The position numbers and the translations under genes are program-made. DNA of 64,000 nucleotides, from positions 64,338 to 128,337 of the forward strand of contig MHGF01000025.1 in assembly GCA_001805445.1 (NCBI GenBank), written 5' to 3'. Shown here one piece after another: positions 19,539 through 29,283 of this stretch. The notes under the pieces were generated by a model, which was not told the origin of the DNA, ran no database searches, and saw nothing but the letters and a program-made list of their open reading frames with translations. Every line of letters begins with the position of its first letter. The stretch's first letter is position 1. The DNA is from Omnitrophica WOR_2 bacterium GWF2_43_52 (lineage in GTDB: Bacteria; Omnitrophota; Gorgyraeia; Gygaellales; UBA12090).

Positions 19539-21104
19539 GTGAAGATAGTCATAGGATATCCGCCACTCAATAGTGACAAGGGTATTCCGCTTTTATCCCA
19601 AAACCGCCAGTTCCAGTATTTTAAAAAACCTACCTATATTTATCCTGTAGTTCCGGCTACCGCGGCAACCCTTTTAAAGAATGCTGGTTATGAAGTTATC
19701 TGGAAGGACTGTATAGCCGAAGGCTGGAGTTTGGATACGTTTTATGCTTTTATCAAAGAGCAGAAACCTGACATAATCGCCTTTGAAACCAAGACTCCGG
19801 TGGTGAATGAACATTGGAAGATAATTAATGAGTTGAAACGAAGGACGAGGGACGTCCTCCACAAAGCGTTGGCGGACGCCCGCCAAAGCAGTGTGGCGGG
19901 CGAAGGGGGAGTGGCGATAGTTCTCTTCGGTGACCACGTGACGGCTCTGCCGGAGGAATCCTTTCAGCATTCACAGGTAGATTTTGTTTTAACTGGCGGT
20001 GACTACGATTTTCTCTTGCTGAATTTGTGCAACGCCCTGAGGGATAGAGGACTATCGGCTATCGACCATCGACTATCGACTAAGCTAGAGCCGGGCATCT
20101 ACTATCGTGAAGGCGATACAATAAAAAACACCGGAAAATTTCAGCTTAACCACAACTTGGATACCCTTCCTCCAATAGACCGCGATTTGACCAATTGGAA
20201 ATTGTATGCGTATGAGAATGGGAATTACAAGCGCACTCCTGGAACATATATTATGTCTAGCCGTGACTGCTGGTGGGGCAAGTGCACATTTTGTTCCTGG
20301 CCTACTTTGTACGATACATTTCGCAGCCGTTCGGTTGAGAATGTTTTGGACGAAGTCGGCATTTTAATAGAAAAATACGGCGTCAAAGAGATAATGGATG
20401 ATTCAGGAAGCTTTCCTATAGGAGAGTGGCTTAAAGATTTTTGTGAGGGCATGATAGCGCGGGGGTTTAACCGCAAGATTAATTTTGACGCTAATATGCG
20501 TTTTGGCGCCTTATCAGGAGCAGAGTATCGTTTAATGAAAAGGGCAGGATTTCGTTTACTGCTTTTTGGCATCGAATCGGCAAATCAAAAAACCTTAGAC
20601 AGGATCAATAAAAATGTAAAGGTTGAGCAAATTATTGAATCCTGTAAATTAGCGCGTCAGTGCGGTTTATACCCGCATATCACCATTATGTTTGGCTATC
20701 CCTGGGAAACCTATGAAGATGCCCAGAATACGCTCAAGTTTGGCCAGTGGCTCTTAAAAAAGGGTTATGCCTATACGATGCAGGCAACGGTAGTCATCCC
20801 TTATCCCGGCTCGCCCTTATTCAAAGAGTGTAAAACTAATAGCTGGCTTAAGACGCTTGATTGGCAGAGATATGATATGAAAGAGCCTGTGATGAACAGC
20901 CCTATTCCTGATGAGAAGATAATGCGGCTAGTCCAATCGCTTTACAGTATCGCCTTAAATCCTGAATTTATTTTCAATAAACTACTTTCAATAACAAGTG
21001 TCGAAGATGTCGCTTTCTTTTTACGTGTCGCCCCAAGAGTATTCGGCCATATCTTTGACTTTAAGCATAAATCAGGAAAGTGTGCTCAATGTTCTGGCAA
21101 TTAA
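19539..21104 (+). CDS. B12-binding radical SAM enzyme, a probable glycan C-methyltransferase or related modifying enzyme
   Basis: GTG start. N-terminal cobalamin-binding Rossmann fold and a CWWGKCTFCSW (CX4CX2C) cluster. It contains a GC-rich in-frame insertion relative to its paralog at 36876. Confidence 0.8.
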   Translation: MKIVIGYPPLNSDKGIPLLSQNRQFQYFKKPTYIYPVVPATAATLLKNAGYEVIWKDCIAEGWSLDTFYAFIKEQKPDIIAFETKTPVVNEHWKIINELKRRTRDVLHKALADARQSSVAGEGGVAIVLFGDHVTALPEESFQHSQVDFVLTGGDYDFLLLNLCNALRDRGLSAIDHRLSTKLEPGIYYREGDTIKNTGKFQLNHNLDTLPPIDRDLTNWKLYAYENGNYKRTPGTYIMSSRDCWWGKCTFCSWPTLYDTFRSRSVENVLDEVGILIEKYGVKEIMDDSGSFPIGEWLKDFCEGMIARGFNRKINFDANMRFGALSGAEYRLMKRAGFRLLLFGIESANQKTLDRINKNVKVEQIIESCKLARQCGLYPHITIMFGYPWETYEDAQNTLKFGQWLLKKGYAYTMQATVVIPYPGSPLFKECKTNSWLKTLDWQRYDMKEPVMNSPIPDEKIMRLVQSLYSIALNPEFIFNKLLSITSVEDVAFFLRVAPRVFGHIFDFKHKSGKCAQCSGN

Positions 21105-21349
21105 TAGGGGTTGTCGCGGCATGCCTGACCAGTTTTGCCTATATCCCGCAGGTAATAAAAATGTCTATCACTAAATCAGCGAAGGATGTGAGCCTGATTA
21201 CGTTACTGCAGCTTTCTTTAGGCTCGGGTTTCTGGATTGCTTATGGAATACACCGGCAAGATTACATCATTATTTTAGCGAATGTTGTCACCTTCTTAAC
21301 GCTCGTGAGCGCGTTATTTTTATATTATAAATATATGAGGCCCGCCTGA
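21080..21349 (+). CDS. SemiSWEET / PQ-loop small sugar transporter
   Basis: An 89-aa protein with three TM helices and the conserved PQ motif (YIPQVIK). Confidence 0.6.
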   Translation: MCSMFWQLIGVVAACLTSFAYIPQVIKMSITKSAKDVSLITLLQLSLGSGFWIAYGIHRQDYIIILANVVTFLTLVSALFLYYKYMRPA

Positions 21350-21894
21350 TGGATTTTCGCGTAGTCTTACAATTGATAACTGAGGAGTTTTCTAAGCAAG
21401 ACATCCGTTACGCGGTAATAGGCGGTTTTGCCTTAGGAGCATTGGGGGTTCCTAGAGCGACAATAGATATGGATTTACTTATTTACCGTGAGGATTGGTT
21501 AAGGGTAGATGATATTATGAAAAAGAAAGGGTATGCTTGTGTACACAAAAGCGATGAAGTGGCGCAATATGTTTCAGCTTTAAATATTTTTGGCGAAGTT
21601 GACTTCCTCCTAGCGCATAGAAACATCGCGCGTAAGATGCTTGAGAATGCTCAGGTGAGGGAAGTATTTTCCGGGAAGCAGAAGGTAAAGGTATTGAAAG
21701 CCGAAGATGTTATCGGCCTTAAAATCCAGGCTTTAGTGAATAACGCCGCCCGGGCTACTAAGGAATACGCGGATATAGAGTCTTTGCTTGGGTATTATAA
21801 AAAAGATTTAGATTGGGCATTATTAGAAGATTATTTTAAGTTATTTAACCTTGAAGATAAATATAGCGAGTACAAAACGAGGTTTTTATGTTAA
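21349..21894 (+). CDS. Nucleotidyltransferase-fold protein (pol-beta superfamily), possibly toxin-antitoxin related
   Basis: AVIGGFALGALGVPRATIDMDLLI resembles the NTase G-x-(S/A) ... D-x-D signature. It sits inside the glycan island next to a small overlapping ORF. Confidence 0.4.
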   Translation: MDFRVVLQLITEEFSKQDIRYAVIGGFALGALGVPRATIDMDLLIYREDWLRVDDIMKKKGYACVHKSDEVAQYVSALNIFGEVDFLLAHRNIARKMLENAQVREVFSGKQKVKVLKAEDVIGLKIQALVNNAARATKEYADIESLLGYYKKDLDWALLEDYFKLFNLEDKYSEYKTRFLC

Positions 21895-22109
21895 GCCAAG
21901 AGGACAAAAGAGAGTTGCTTGAGATGGCGCATTCTGCGCTGATACGCGAAGATTACAGGAAAATGGAGCAGCATCGCCATAATCCTTTTTTAGTAAACGC
22001 AGTTGTGGATGTGGATAGAGTTATTGAGTTTTTAAATGGTTTTAATGATTTTTTTGGGCATAAAAAACGCCAGTTTAGCAAGATTATTGATAAAGATATG
22101 AGGCTTTGA
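21888..22109 (+). CDS. Small hypothetical protein overlapping the NTase gene
   Basis: 73 aa, in an ATGTTAA overlap with the upstream gene. It contains RKMEQHRH, a possible HEPN-like Rx4H. Confidence 0.3.
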   Translation: MLSQEDKRELLEMAHSALIREDYRKMEQHRHNPFLVNAVVDVDRVIEFLNGFNDFFGHKKRQFSKIIDKDMRL

Positions 22110-22110
22110 T

Positions 22111-23157
22111 ATGCGCGCGCTTATTACCGGTTCAGCGGGCCTGATTGGCTCAGAGGCAGCCTTATTTTTTGCCGAGAGAGGCTATAGCAATGTTGGCATT
22201 GATAACGATATGCGCCGCTACTTTTTTGGCGCGGAGGCTTCAACCGCCTGGAACAGGCAGAGATTGCAAGAGGAATTGAAAGACAAGTATGCGCATTTTC
22301 CCGCGGATATCCGCGATAATGAGGAAGTAGAAAAGATTTTTCAGAAAAATAAATTCGATGTAATCATTCATACCGCGGCCCAACCTAGCCATGATTGGGC
22401 TGCTAAAGAGCCGTTTACCGATTTTACCGTGAATGCCAATGGCACCTTGGTGTTGCTTGAGAATTTCCGGAAGTATTGTCCGGATGCCGCTTTTATCTTT
22501 ACCTCAACCAACAAGGTCTATGGCGACAGGCCTAATGAATTGCCGTTAGTAGAATTAGAGAAGCGTTATGAATTACCTCAAGGCCACCGATATTATAACG
22601 GCATAGATGAATCAATGAGCGTTGATTCTTGTAAGCATAGTTTATTTGGCGCCTCAAAGCTTGCCGGGGACATCCTGGTGCAGGAATATGGCAGGTATTT
22701 CGGCTTAAAAACAGGGATATTTCGCGGAGGCTGCCTTACCGGCCCAGCCCATAGCGGGACAGAGCTTCATGGATTTTTAGCCTATTTGATTAAGTGCGTT
22801 GCTACGGGGAAAAAATATACTATTTTCGGATATAAGGGAAAACAGGTACGCGATAATATTCACAGCTACGATTTAGTGAATATGTTCTGGCATTTTGTTC
22901 AGAAGCCGCGTTATGGCGAAGTGTATAACGCAGGGGGCAGCCGCCATTCAAATATATCTGTCTTAGAAGCGATAGAAAAAACAGAGAAACTGCTTAACAA
23001 AAAGGCAAACTACGACTATAATACTGCAAACCGCGTTGGAGATCATATTTGGTATATCTCTGATGTTTCCAAGTTCAAGGCACACTATCCGCAATGGGAT
23101 TTTAAGTATGATAGTGATATGATATTAGAGGAGATTTGCAGGTCTGGGCACTTTTAG
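22111..23157 (+). CDS. NAD-dependent sugar epimerase/dehydratase (CDP-paratose 2-epimerase-like SDR)
   Basis: TGSAGLIGS Rossmann motif and the catalytic YxxxK (FGASK). Confidence 0.8.
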   Translation: MRALITGSAGLIGSEAALFFAERGYSNVGIDNDMRRYFFGAEASTAWNRQRLQEELKDKYAHFPADIRDNEEVEKIFQKNKFDVIIHTAAQPSHDWAAKEPFTDFTVNANGTLVLLENFRKYCPDAAFIFTSTNKVYGDRPNELPLVELEKRYELPQGHRYYNGIDESMSVDSCKHSLFGASKLAGDILVQEYGRYFGLKTGIFRGGCLTGPAHSGTELHGFLAYLIKCVATGKKYTIFGYKGKQVRDNIHSYDLVNMFWHFVQKPRYGEVYNAGGSRHSNISVLEAIEKTEKLLNKKANYDYNTANRVGDHIWYISDVSKFKAHYPQWDFKYDSDMILEEICRSGHF

Positions 23158-23181
23158 CTGAGAGCTGAGAGCTGATGGCTG

Positions 23182-24264
23182 ATGATTATGAGATATAAAA
23201 CTATACTGATTACCGGCGGCGCGGGGTTTGTGGGAAGCAACCTGGCCCTTGCTTTTAAGCAAAAATACCCAGCATTAAAAATCACTGCCTTAGATAACCT
23301 TAAAAGGCGCGGCTCAGAGTTAAACATCAATCGTCTTAAAGAACAGGGCATTGCATTTGTGCATGCTGATATAAGAAACGCGGAAGATTTATACTTTGCA
23401 AGGGATATTGAGCTTATGATTGAGTGTTCCGCTGAACCGTCGGTACTTGCCGGTTTTGGCGATAATCCGTCGTACATCATCAATACGAATCTTGCCGGGA
23501 CGGTTAATTGCTTAGAATTGTGTAGGAAACACAAGGCGGATATAGTTTTTCTTTCTACCAGTCGGGTTTATCCGTATAATAGTATCAATAATCTTAAGAT
23601 TGAAGAAACGGATACGAGGTTTGTCTGGAAGAAAAAGCAGTCTGACGATTTGAGAGGATGGTCGGCAGATGGCATAGGCGATGATTTTGACCTAAATGGT
23701 CCAAAGACTCTTTACGGAGCTACCAAACTTGCCTCCGAATTCCTCATTCAAGAGTATATCGCGAATTACGGAATAAAAGGGGTAATAAATCGCTGCGGAG
23801 TAATTGCCGGCCCCTGGCAGTTTGGTAAAGTGGATCAGGGGGTGTTTACCCTATGGATGCTGGCGCACTATTTCAAAAAGCCGCTTAAATACATCGGCTT
23901 TGGCGGTAAGGGTAAACAGGTGAGGGACCTTTTACATATTGATGATCTTTTTCATCTCATTGATTTACAGGTATCTCAATTAGATAAAATTAATGGTAAG
24001 GTGTATAATATTGGAGGAGGAAGCACGGTAAGTTTATCATTACTTGAGACAACAAAACTTTGCAGGGAAATCACAGGTAACCGCTTAAGAATAGGAAGTG
24101 ATACAAAAAACAGGCCCGGCGATATAACCATATATTTAAACGATAACAACAAGGTTTCTTCAGAATTATCCTGGCAACCTAAGCATACGCCAAAAGACAT
24201 ACTTTCAGATATTTACCGCTGGATTCGCCAAAACGAGAAGCGGATAAAAGAAGCGTTGATATAA
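23182..24264 (+). CDS. NAD-dependent sugar epimerase/dehydratase, a paralog of the preceding gene
   Basis: TGGAGFVGSN and YGATK motifs. Its architecture is similar to 22111-23157. Confidence 0.8.
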   Translation: MIMRYKTILITGGAGFVGSNLALAFKQKYPALKITALDNLKRRGSELNINRLKEQGIAFVHADIRNAEDLYFARDIELMIECSAEPSVLAGFGDNPSYIINTNLAGTVNCLELCRKHKADIVFLSTSRVYPYNSINNLKIEETDTRFVWKKKQSDDLRGWSADGIGDDFDLNGPKTLYGATKLASEFLIQEYIANYGIKGVINRCGVIAGPWQFGKVDQGVFTLWMLAHYFKKPLKYIGFGGKGKQVRDLLHIDDLFHLIDLQVSQLDKINGKVYNIGGGSTVSLSLLETTKLCREITGNRLRIGSDTKNRPGDITIYLNDNNKVSSELSWQPKHTPKDILSDIYRWIRQNEKRIKEALI

Positions 24265-24491
24265 TTATCCCTCTCCCCAGATTTATCCTTATAAAATGGA
24301 TATTCAAAATACAGTAATTTGTAGTGTTTGCCCTGCCTGCTGGCGGGCAGGAGTAAGGCGAGCGATATTGTAGGGTCAACTGATGATAACTGCATCAGGT
24401 TGATCTCTGCAGGCCGAATAACAATTAAGTTGGTCTCATTAGGTATGTTATCTACGCTTGACAAATAACATATATATGTTATTCTAACATT

Positions 24492-25637
24492 ATGAGCTAC
24501 CCCAGACTGCTTAGTTTAGATAAGATTTCAGGATCCATGTTTTTGTTTGGTCCGCGTATGACAGGGAAGACTTTCTTGCTGCGCCGGCTGCGTTCAGACT
24601 TATTTATTGATTTGCTGGATCCCGAGATAGAACTTTCATTTTCGCGTTCTCCGGTTATATTCTGGGAAAAATTGCGGGCTTTACATAAGAATAATCTGGT
24701 GATTGTGGATGAAGTCCAGCGGGTCCCGGCGCTTCTGGATTATGTGCAGAAAGGAATTGAGGAGATTGGTTTAAGATTTATCCTTTCCGGTTCGAGCGCG
24801 CGCAAGCTACGGCGCGGCAGCGCTAACCTTCTAGGTGGAAGGGCTCTTGATTTACGGCTTTATCCTTTGACCAATGTTGAGGTCGGCAAGGATTTTGATT
24901 TGAATATGGCTTTGTCTTACGGAACATTGCCTCACGTGGTAACAACTTTCCTGAAAGGGAAAGTTGATGACGTGCGGCGGCAATTAAAGGCGTATAGCAC
25001 AATTTATATCAAAGAAGAAGTCCAAGCTGAGGCATTGACTCGTAATGTGAGCGCGTTTCAGAGATTTTTGAACGTGGCGGCTCAAATGAACGGAGAGACA
25101 ATTGAATTCGCCTCTGTGGCGCGCGATTCCTCGGTCCCCATGAGTACAGTCAAAGAATATTTTTCGATTCTTGAGGATACTCTTTTGGGTGATTTTCTGT
25201 GGCCTTGGGATAGGAGCGAACGTAAGAAAGCGCGGCCAAAGTTTTATTTCTTTGATTGTGGGGTTGTCCGATCATTGCAGAATCGCCTGATTGATCCTCC
25301 CACTCCACAGGAGAAAGGTTTTTTGTTTGAAACTTTCTTTTATAATGAATTAAAGCGTTTACGAGATTACCATGAAAAACCTTATGAGCTTTCTTTTTGG
25401 AGGGATGGAAAGCATGAGATTGACATTCTGGTAACCGGTCCTCGCGGGCCAATGATGGCCCTTGAGTGCAAAACATCAACGGACACGATATCAGACGCCA
25501 CGCGTACGGCTTTTCGTAAACGGTTTCCTAATGTGCTATTATTCGTTGTGTCTTTAGAAGACGCTCATCCGCGCAAGCTTAATAATGGCGTTGTTATCTT
25601 GCCTTGGCGTCAAGCCTTGAATACCTTTCTTGAGTAG
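24492..25637 (+). CDS. COG1373-type AAA+ ATPase with C-terminal DUF4143
   Basis: Walker A GPRMTGKT and Walker B VIVDEVQ. It interrupts the glycan island. Confidence 0.75.
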   Translation: MSYPRLLSLDKISGSMFLFGPRMTGKTFLLRRLRSDLFIDLLDPEIELSFSRSPVIFWEKLRALHKNNLVIVDEVQRVPALLDYVQKGIEEIGLRFILSGSSARKLRRGSANLLGGRALDLRLYPLTNVEVGKDFDLNMALSYGTLPHVVTTFLKGKVDDVRRQLKAYSTIYIKEEVQAEALTRNVSAFQRFLNVAAQMNGETIEFASVARDSSVPMSTVKEYFSILEDTLLGDFLWPWDRSERKKARPKFYFFDCGVVRSLQNRLIDPPTPQEKGFLFETFFYNELKRLRDYHEKPYELSFWRDGKHEIDILVTGPRGPMMALECKTSTDTISDATRTAFRKRFPNVLLFVVSLEDAHPRKLNNGVVILPWRQALNTFLE

Positions 25638-25659
25638 AGAGAGTTATCCTCCCGCTATT

Positions 25660-25680
25660 CCTCTCCCCTTTGGGGAGAGG
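25660..25680 (+). terminator. Hairpin CCTCTCCCC-TTT-GGGGAGAGG downstream of the ATPase gene
   Basis: A perfect 9-bp stem seen directly. It lacks a clear U-tract. Confidence 0.35.
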
Positions 25681-25733
25681 GTAGGGTGAGGGGTATAATC
25701 TATATTTGCTTTAAGGCCTAAGAGTTAAAAAAT

Positions 25734-26008
25734 ATGAAAGATTCTCTTGTTTCCCAACTAAGCGCTTTCTTTCTTAAAAAGTCTGCTCAATATAATGTAG
25801 AGATGGCTTTTCTATACGGTTCATATGCGGCGGTTATCCTAAAGCGGAATCGGATATTGACTTAGGAATAGTTTTTGATTCTTCTCTAAAAGATCATGCT
25901 AAAATCCATTCGTTGGTTACTGATATCTCTTATCAGCTAACGATGGAGTTAAAGAAAGAAGTTAATATCGTTACTATTAATCCCGATTTTGACCATCCTA
26001 CGCGGTAA
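25734..26008 (+). pseudogene. Frameshifted minimal nucleotidyltransferase (MNT antitoxin-like)
   Basis: Frame 1 reads MKDSLVSQLSAFF...EMAFLYGSYAA and hits a stop. The +1 frame continues GYPKAESDIDLGIVFD..., the classic GSxxxG...SDIDL motif. The shift lies near 25830-25835. Confidence 0.6.
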
Positions 26009-26064
26009 CCAGGAGGGATGAGTTTTTTAAAGAAGGTTACGGGGATATATACCTTGACCTCGTT

Positions 26065-26352
26065 GTGAAAAGATTTGAATTTACCTATGAGATGTCGTGG
26101 AAGGTTATTAAGAGGTACCTGGATTTTATCGGCATTGACTGTCAGAATCCCAGAAGTTGTTTTAAAGAAGCCTTAGTCCAAGGCCTTATAACCGATGAGG
26201 ATGTATGGCTGGATATGATAGAGAAGAGAAATTTAAGCAGCTATATTTATGATGAAGCCCAGATAAAAGAAATCCTGGATAGGCTCGATGACTATAAGAG
26301 CGCCTTCGAGGGGTTGAAAGACAACTTGAAAGCCAAACTGCGGCTATCTTAG
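26065..26352 (+). CDS. HEPN protein (HI0074-like NTase substrate-binding family), probably degenerate
   Basis: RFEFTYEMSWKV...DMIEKRNLSSYIYDE matches the HI0074/HepT family, but the Rx4-6H His is replaced by Tyr (RNLSSY). The N-terminal region is only open from about 26003, without an ATG. Confidence 0.5.
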   Translation: MKRFEFTYEMSWKVIKRYLDFIGIDCQNPRSCFKEALVQGLITDEDVWLDMIEKRNLSSYIYDEAQIKEILDRLDDYKSAFEGLKDNLKAKLRLS

Positions 26353-26486
26353 CGCGGGATCGGATAATGACGTAGGACGAGTAGTCTATGATCTATATAT
26401 ATTGGGCAACAGCTTAAAAACAAAATCGTGTAAGAATATCTGTGACAGTGTATTTGAACTTTTGAGTGAATATCGGAATAAATATA

Positions 26487-27473
26487 ATGGAAGAGCGATA
26501 CAAAGATAAACGAGTGTTGATAACTGGCGGTATGGGTTTTATAGGAAGTAATCTTGCAATTGCCTTAGTAAAAGAAGGAGCAGATGTAACAATACTCGAT
26601 AACATGTTGCCTCGCCAAGGCGGAAATCTATTTAACATTAAGCCTGTTGAAAAGAAAGTGAGAATTAATTTCTCGGATATCAGAAATTCACAATCAGTAA
26701 ATTATATTGTGAGAAATAAGGATTATATTTTCCACTTGGCAGGTCAGGTAAGCCATGTTGATAGTATCAAGAATCCGCTGCAGGATTTAAGTATAAATGT
26801 AGAGGGAACATTGGTTATCTTAGAGGCATGTAGGCAATTTAATAGGGATGTAAAAATTATCTTTTCTGGAACACGCGGCCAGTATGGGCAAAGTGTACGG
26901 TTACCTGTTGATGAAAAACATCCGATGAATCCAAAAGGAGTATATGCGATAACTAATCTTTGTGCTGAGAATTTAGTTATGGTGTATGATGAGATCCATA
27001 AAATCAGGGCAATTGCATTAAGGATTACCAATACCTACGGTCCTCGCCATCAAATGATGCATGATGAGTATGGAGTTTTGAATTGGTTTATTCGTCAGGC
27101 CATTGATAGTGAAGTTATTCCTATTTTTGGCTCGGGGAAGATTTTGAGGGATTTTCTGTTTATTGAAGATTTGATAGAGGTTATCTTACTGGCAGGCTTG
27201 AATCAGAATGCCTATGGAGAAATCTTCAATGTGGGTACCGGTAAACCAACAAATTTCATAGAGTTGGCAAAAATCATAGTGAAAATTGCTAAGACAGGAA
27301 AAATAAAATTTACTGAATTTTCTCAGGAAAGAAAAGAGATTGAACCTGGTGATTATTATGCAGATATATCGAAGATCTGCAGCACTGTAGGTTGGAAACC
27401 TCGTGTAGATTTAGAGAATGGCATACAAAAAACAATAGATTATTACAGAAGTTATAAGCGCTATTACTGGTAA
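26487..27473 (+). CDS. NAD-dependent sugar epimerase/dehydratase
   Basis: ITGGMGFIGSN Rossmann motif and YAITN (YxxxK-like). ATG at 26487; the ORF track starts at the GTG at 26466. Confidence 0.8.
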   Translation: MEERYKDKRVLITGGMGFIGSNLAIALVKEGADVTILDNMLPRQGGNLFNIKPVEKKVRINFSDIRNSQSVNYIVRNKDYIFHLAGQVSHVDSIKNPLQDLSINVEGTLVILEACRQFNRDVKIIFSGTRGQYGQSVRLPVDEKHPMNPKGVYAITNLCAENLVMVYDEIHKIRAIALRITNTYGPRHQMMHDEYGVLNWFIRQAIDSEVIPIFGSGKILRDFLFIEDLIEVILLAGLNQNAYGEIFNVGTGKPTNFIELAKIIVKIAKTGKIKFTEFSQERKEIEPGDYYADISKICSTVGWKPRVDLENGIQKTIDYYRSYKRYYW

Positions 27474-27474
27474 A

Positions 27475-28572
27475 ATGATTAAACGGGTACTTATCGGTGG
27501 AGCAGGCGGCGCGCCTGCTTTAAATTTTATACGTTCATTGAAAAAGAGTAAGGAAAAGTTTTTTCTTATTGGTATAAGCTGTAACAAGTTTGACTTATGC
27601 AAAGCAAAGAAATTTGTCGATATTTTATACTTAGTTCCTCCTGCGCAGGATAAAAATTATCTTTCGGTCTTAAAGCAAATAATATATGAAACAAAACCGC
27701 ATTTTATGCATGCTCAGAATGATGAGGAAGTGTTTGTTGTTTCTAAGTATCGTTATGATATAAACGTTAAAACATTTTTACCAGGACATGATATTATTGA
27801 AATTTGTCAGGATAAGTTTAAATCTGCGATGGCTTGGGAAAAAGCAGGGCTAAAGGTTCCTCATACATTTCTGATAAATAATAAAGATGATTTAAAAAAA
27901 GCATTTAGCATAATTAAAGGAAAAGTTTGGGTTCGCGCTATATCAGGAGCATTTGGAAAATGGTCATTGCCTACAGACAACCTTAACTTTGCTACACAGT
28001 GGATTAATTATTATAATGGTTGGGGGAATTTTAGTGTAGCTGAGTGCTTAAGTTCTGATAGTATAACGTGGCTTTCAATTTGGAGGAGCGGAAAGTTGAT
28101 AGTTGCACAAAGCCGTAAACGTCTTTATTGGGAATTTGCAAACCGTAGTGTATCAGGGGTTACTGGTATCACTGGGACTGGTGTTACGGTAAGCAATAAA
28201 ACTTTGGATAGTTTAGCGAGAAGGGCGATACTTGCTATCGATAACAATCCCCATGGAATCTATGGTGTTGATTTAACCTTTGACAAAGATGGAATACCTA
28301 ATCCTACGGAAATTAATATTGGGAGATTCTTTACAACACACCAGTTTTTTACTGATGCAGGTCTTAATATGCCCGATATTTATCTAAAGCTTGCTTTTGA
28401 GGAAGAAATCCCTAAGATTAAGCGAATAATTAATCCGTTACCGGATGGTTTGGCGTGGGTAAGGGGTATGGATGTTGAACCGGTTCTGACATCTTTAAAG
28501 GAAATAAAAGCAATTGAAGATAAGCTAAATAAGAGGATTAAAGAAATCAGGGATGCAAACTTTAAGAAATAA
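27475..28572 (+). CDS. ATP-grasp domain ligase
   Basis: A preATP-grasp region followed by an ATP-grasp-like core (KGKVWVRAISGAFGKW). Such enzymes are commonly amide-bond forming in glycan loci. Confidence 0.6.
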   Translation: MIKRVLIGGAGGAPALNFIRSLKKSKEKFFLIGISCNKFDLCKAKKFVDILYLVPPAQDKNYLSVLKQIIYETKPHFMHAQNDEEVFVVSKYRYDINVKTFLPGHDIIEICQDKFKSAMAWEKAGLKVPHTFLINNKDDLKKAFSIIKGKVWVRAISGAFGKWSLPTDNLNFATQWINYYNGWGNFSVAECLSSDSITWLSIWRSGKLIVAQSRKRLYWEFANRSVSGVTGITGTGVTVSNKTLDSLARRAILAIDNNPHGIYGVDLTFDKDGIPNPTEINIGRFFTTHQFFTDAGLNMPDIYLKLAFEEEIPKIKRIINPLPDGLAWVRGMDVEPVLTSLKEIKAIEDKLNKRIKEIRDANFKK

Positions 28573-29278
28573 GGTTACAATAATCACCGGTGCAAGCAGA
28601 GGGATAGGATATGCAACGGCACAGTTATTTGAAGAGAATGGAGCGCGATTAGTTCTTACTGCTAAAGAGAACCTCGATGCATTGGATGTTTTTACTTCAG
28701 CAGAAAAGGTAAGGCTCGATTTAACAAGCGAAGACACAATAGATTATTTAGTTAAGAAAACAATTAAAAATTTTGGTTGCATAGATATTTTTATTAATAA
28801 TGCGGGGGTTTTTACACATAAGGACTTCGAGTTGATTACAGCTAAAGAGTTGACAGAAATGATTGATATAGGGTTAAAAGGCCCTTTTATGCTTTTACAA
28901 AAGATTGTGGGTCAAATGAAACAACAAAAAAAGGGAAAGATTGTTAATGTTTCTTCGTTATCGGGAAGGATAGGCTCCTCAGGCGCTACGCACTATGCGG
29001 CTGTAAAAGCTGGTATTATAGCCCTTACAAAATCTCTTGCGAGAAGTTACGGTAAGCATAATATTGTTGTTAATAGTATCGCTCCAAGTTTGATTGAAAC
29101 GGACATGCTCAAGCATATAACCAAGGAGCGCCTTAAGAATCTTATAGAATCGATACCTTTAAAAAGACTAGGACGGCCTGAGGAGGTTGCCATGGCAATT
29201 TTATTTCTAGCTAGCGATACATCTGATTATATTACGGGACAAACTTTATGTATTGATGGTGGCTTAAGTATGTTATAA
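28553..29278 (+). CDS. Short-chain dehydrogenase/reductase (FabG-like)
   Basis: TGASRGIG, NNAG and YAAVK motifs. Confidence 0.85.
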   Translation: MQTLRNKVTIITGASRGIGYATAQLFEENGARLVLTAKENLDALDVFTSAEKVRLDLTSEDTIDYLVKKTIKNFGCIDIFINNAGVFTHKDFELITAKELTEMIDIGLKGPFMLLQKIVGQMKQQKKGKIVNVSSLSGRIGSSGATHYAAVKAGIIALTKSLARSYGKHNIVVNSIAPSLIETDMLKHITKERLKNLIESIPLKRLGRPEEVAMAILFLASDTSDYITGQTLCIDGGLSML

Positions 29279-29283
29279 GGCTT

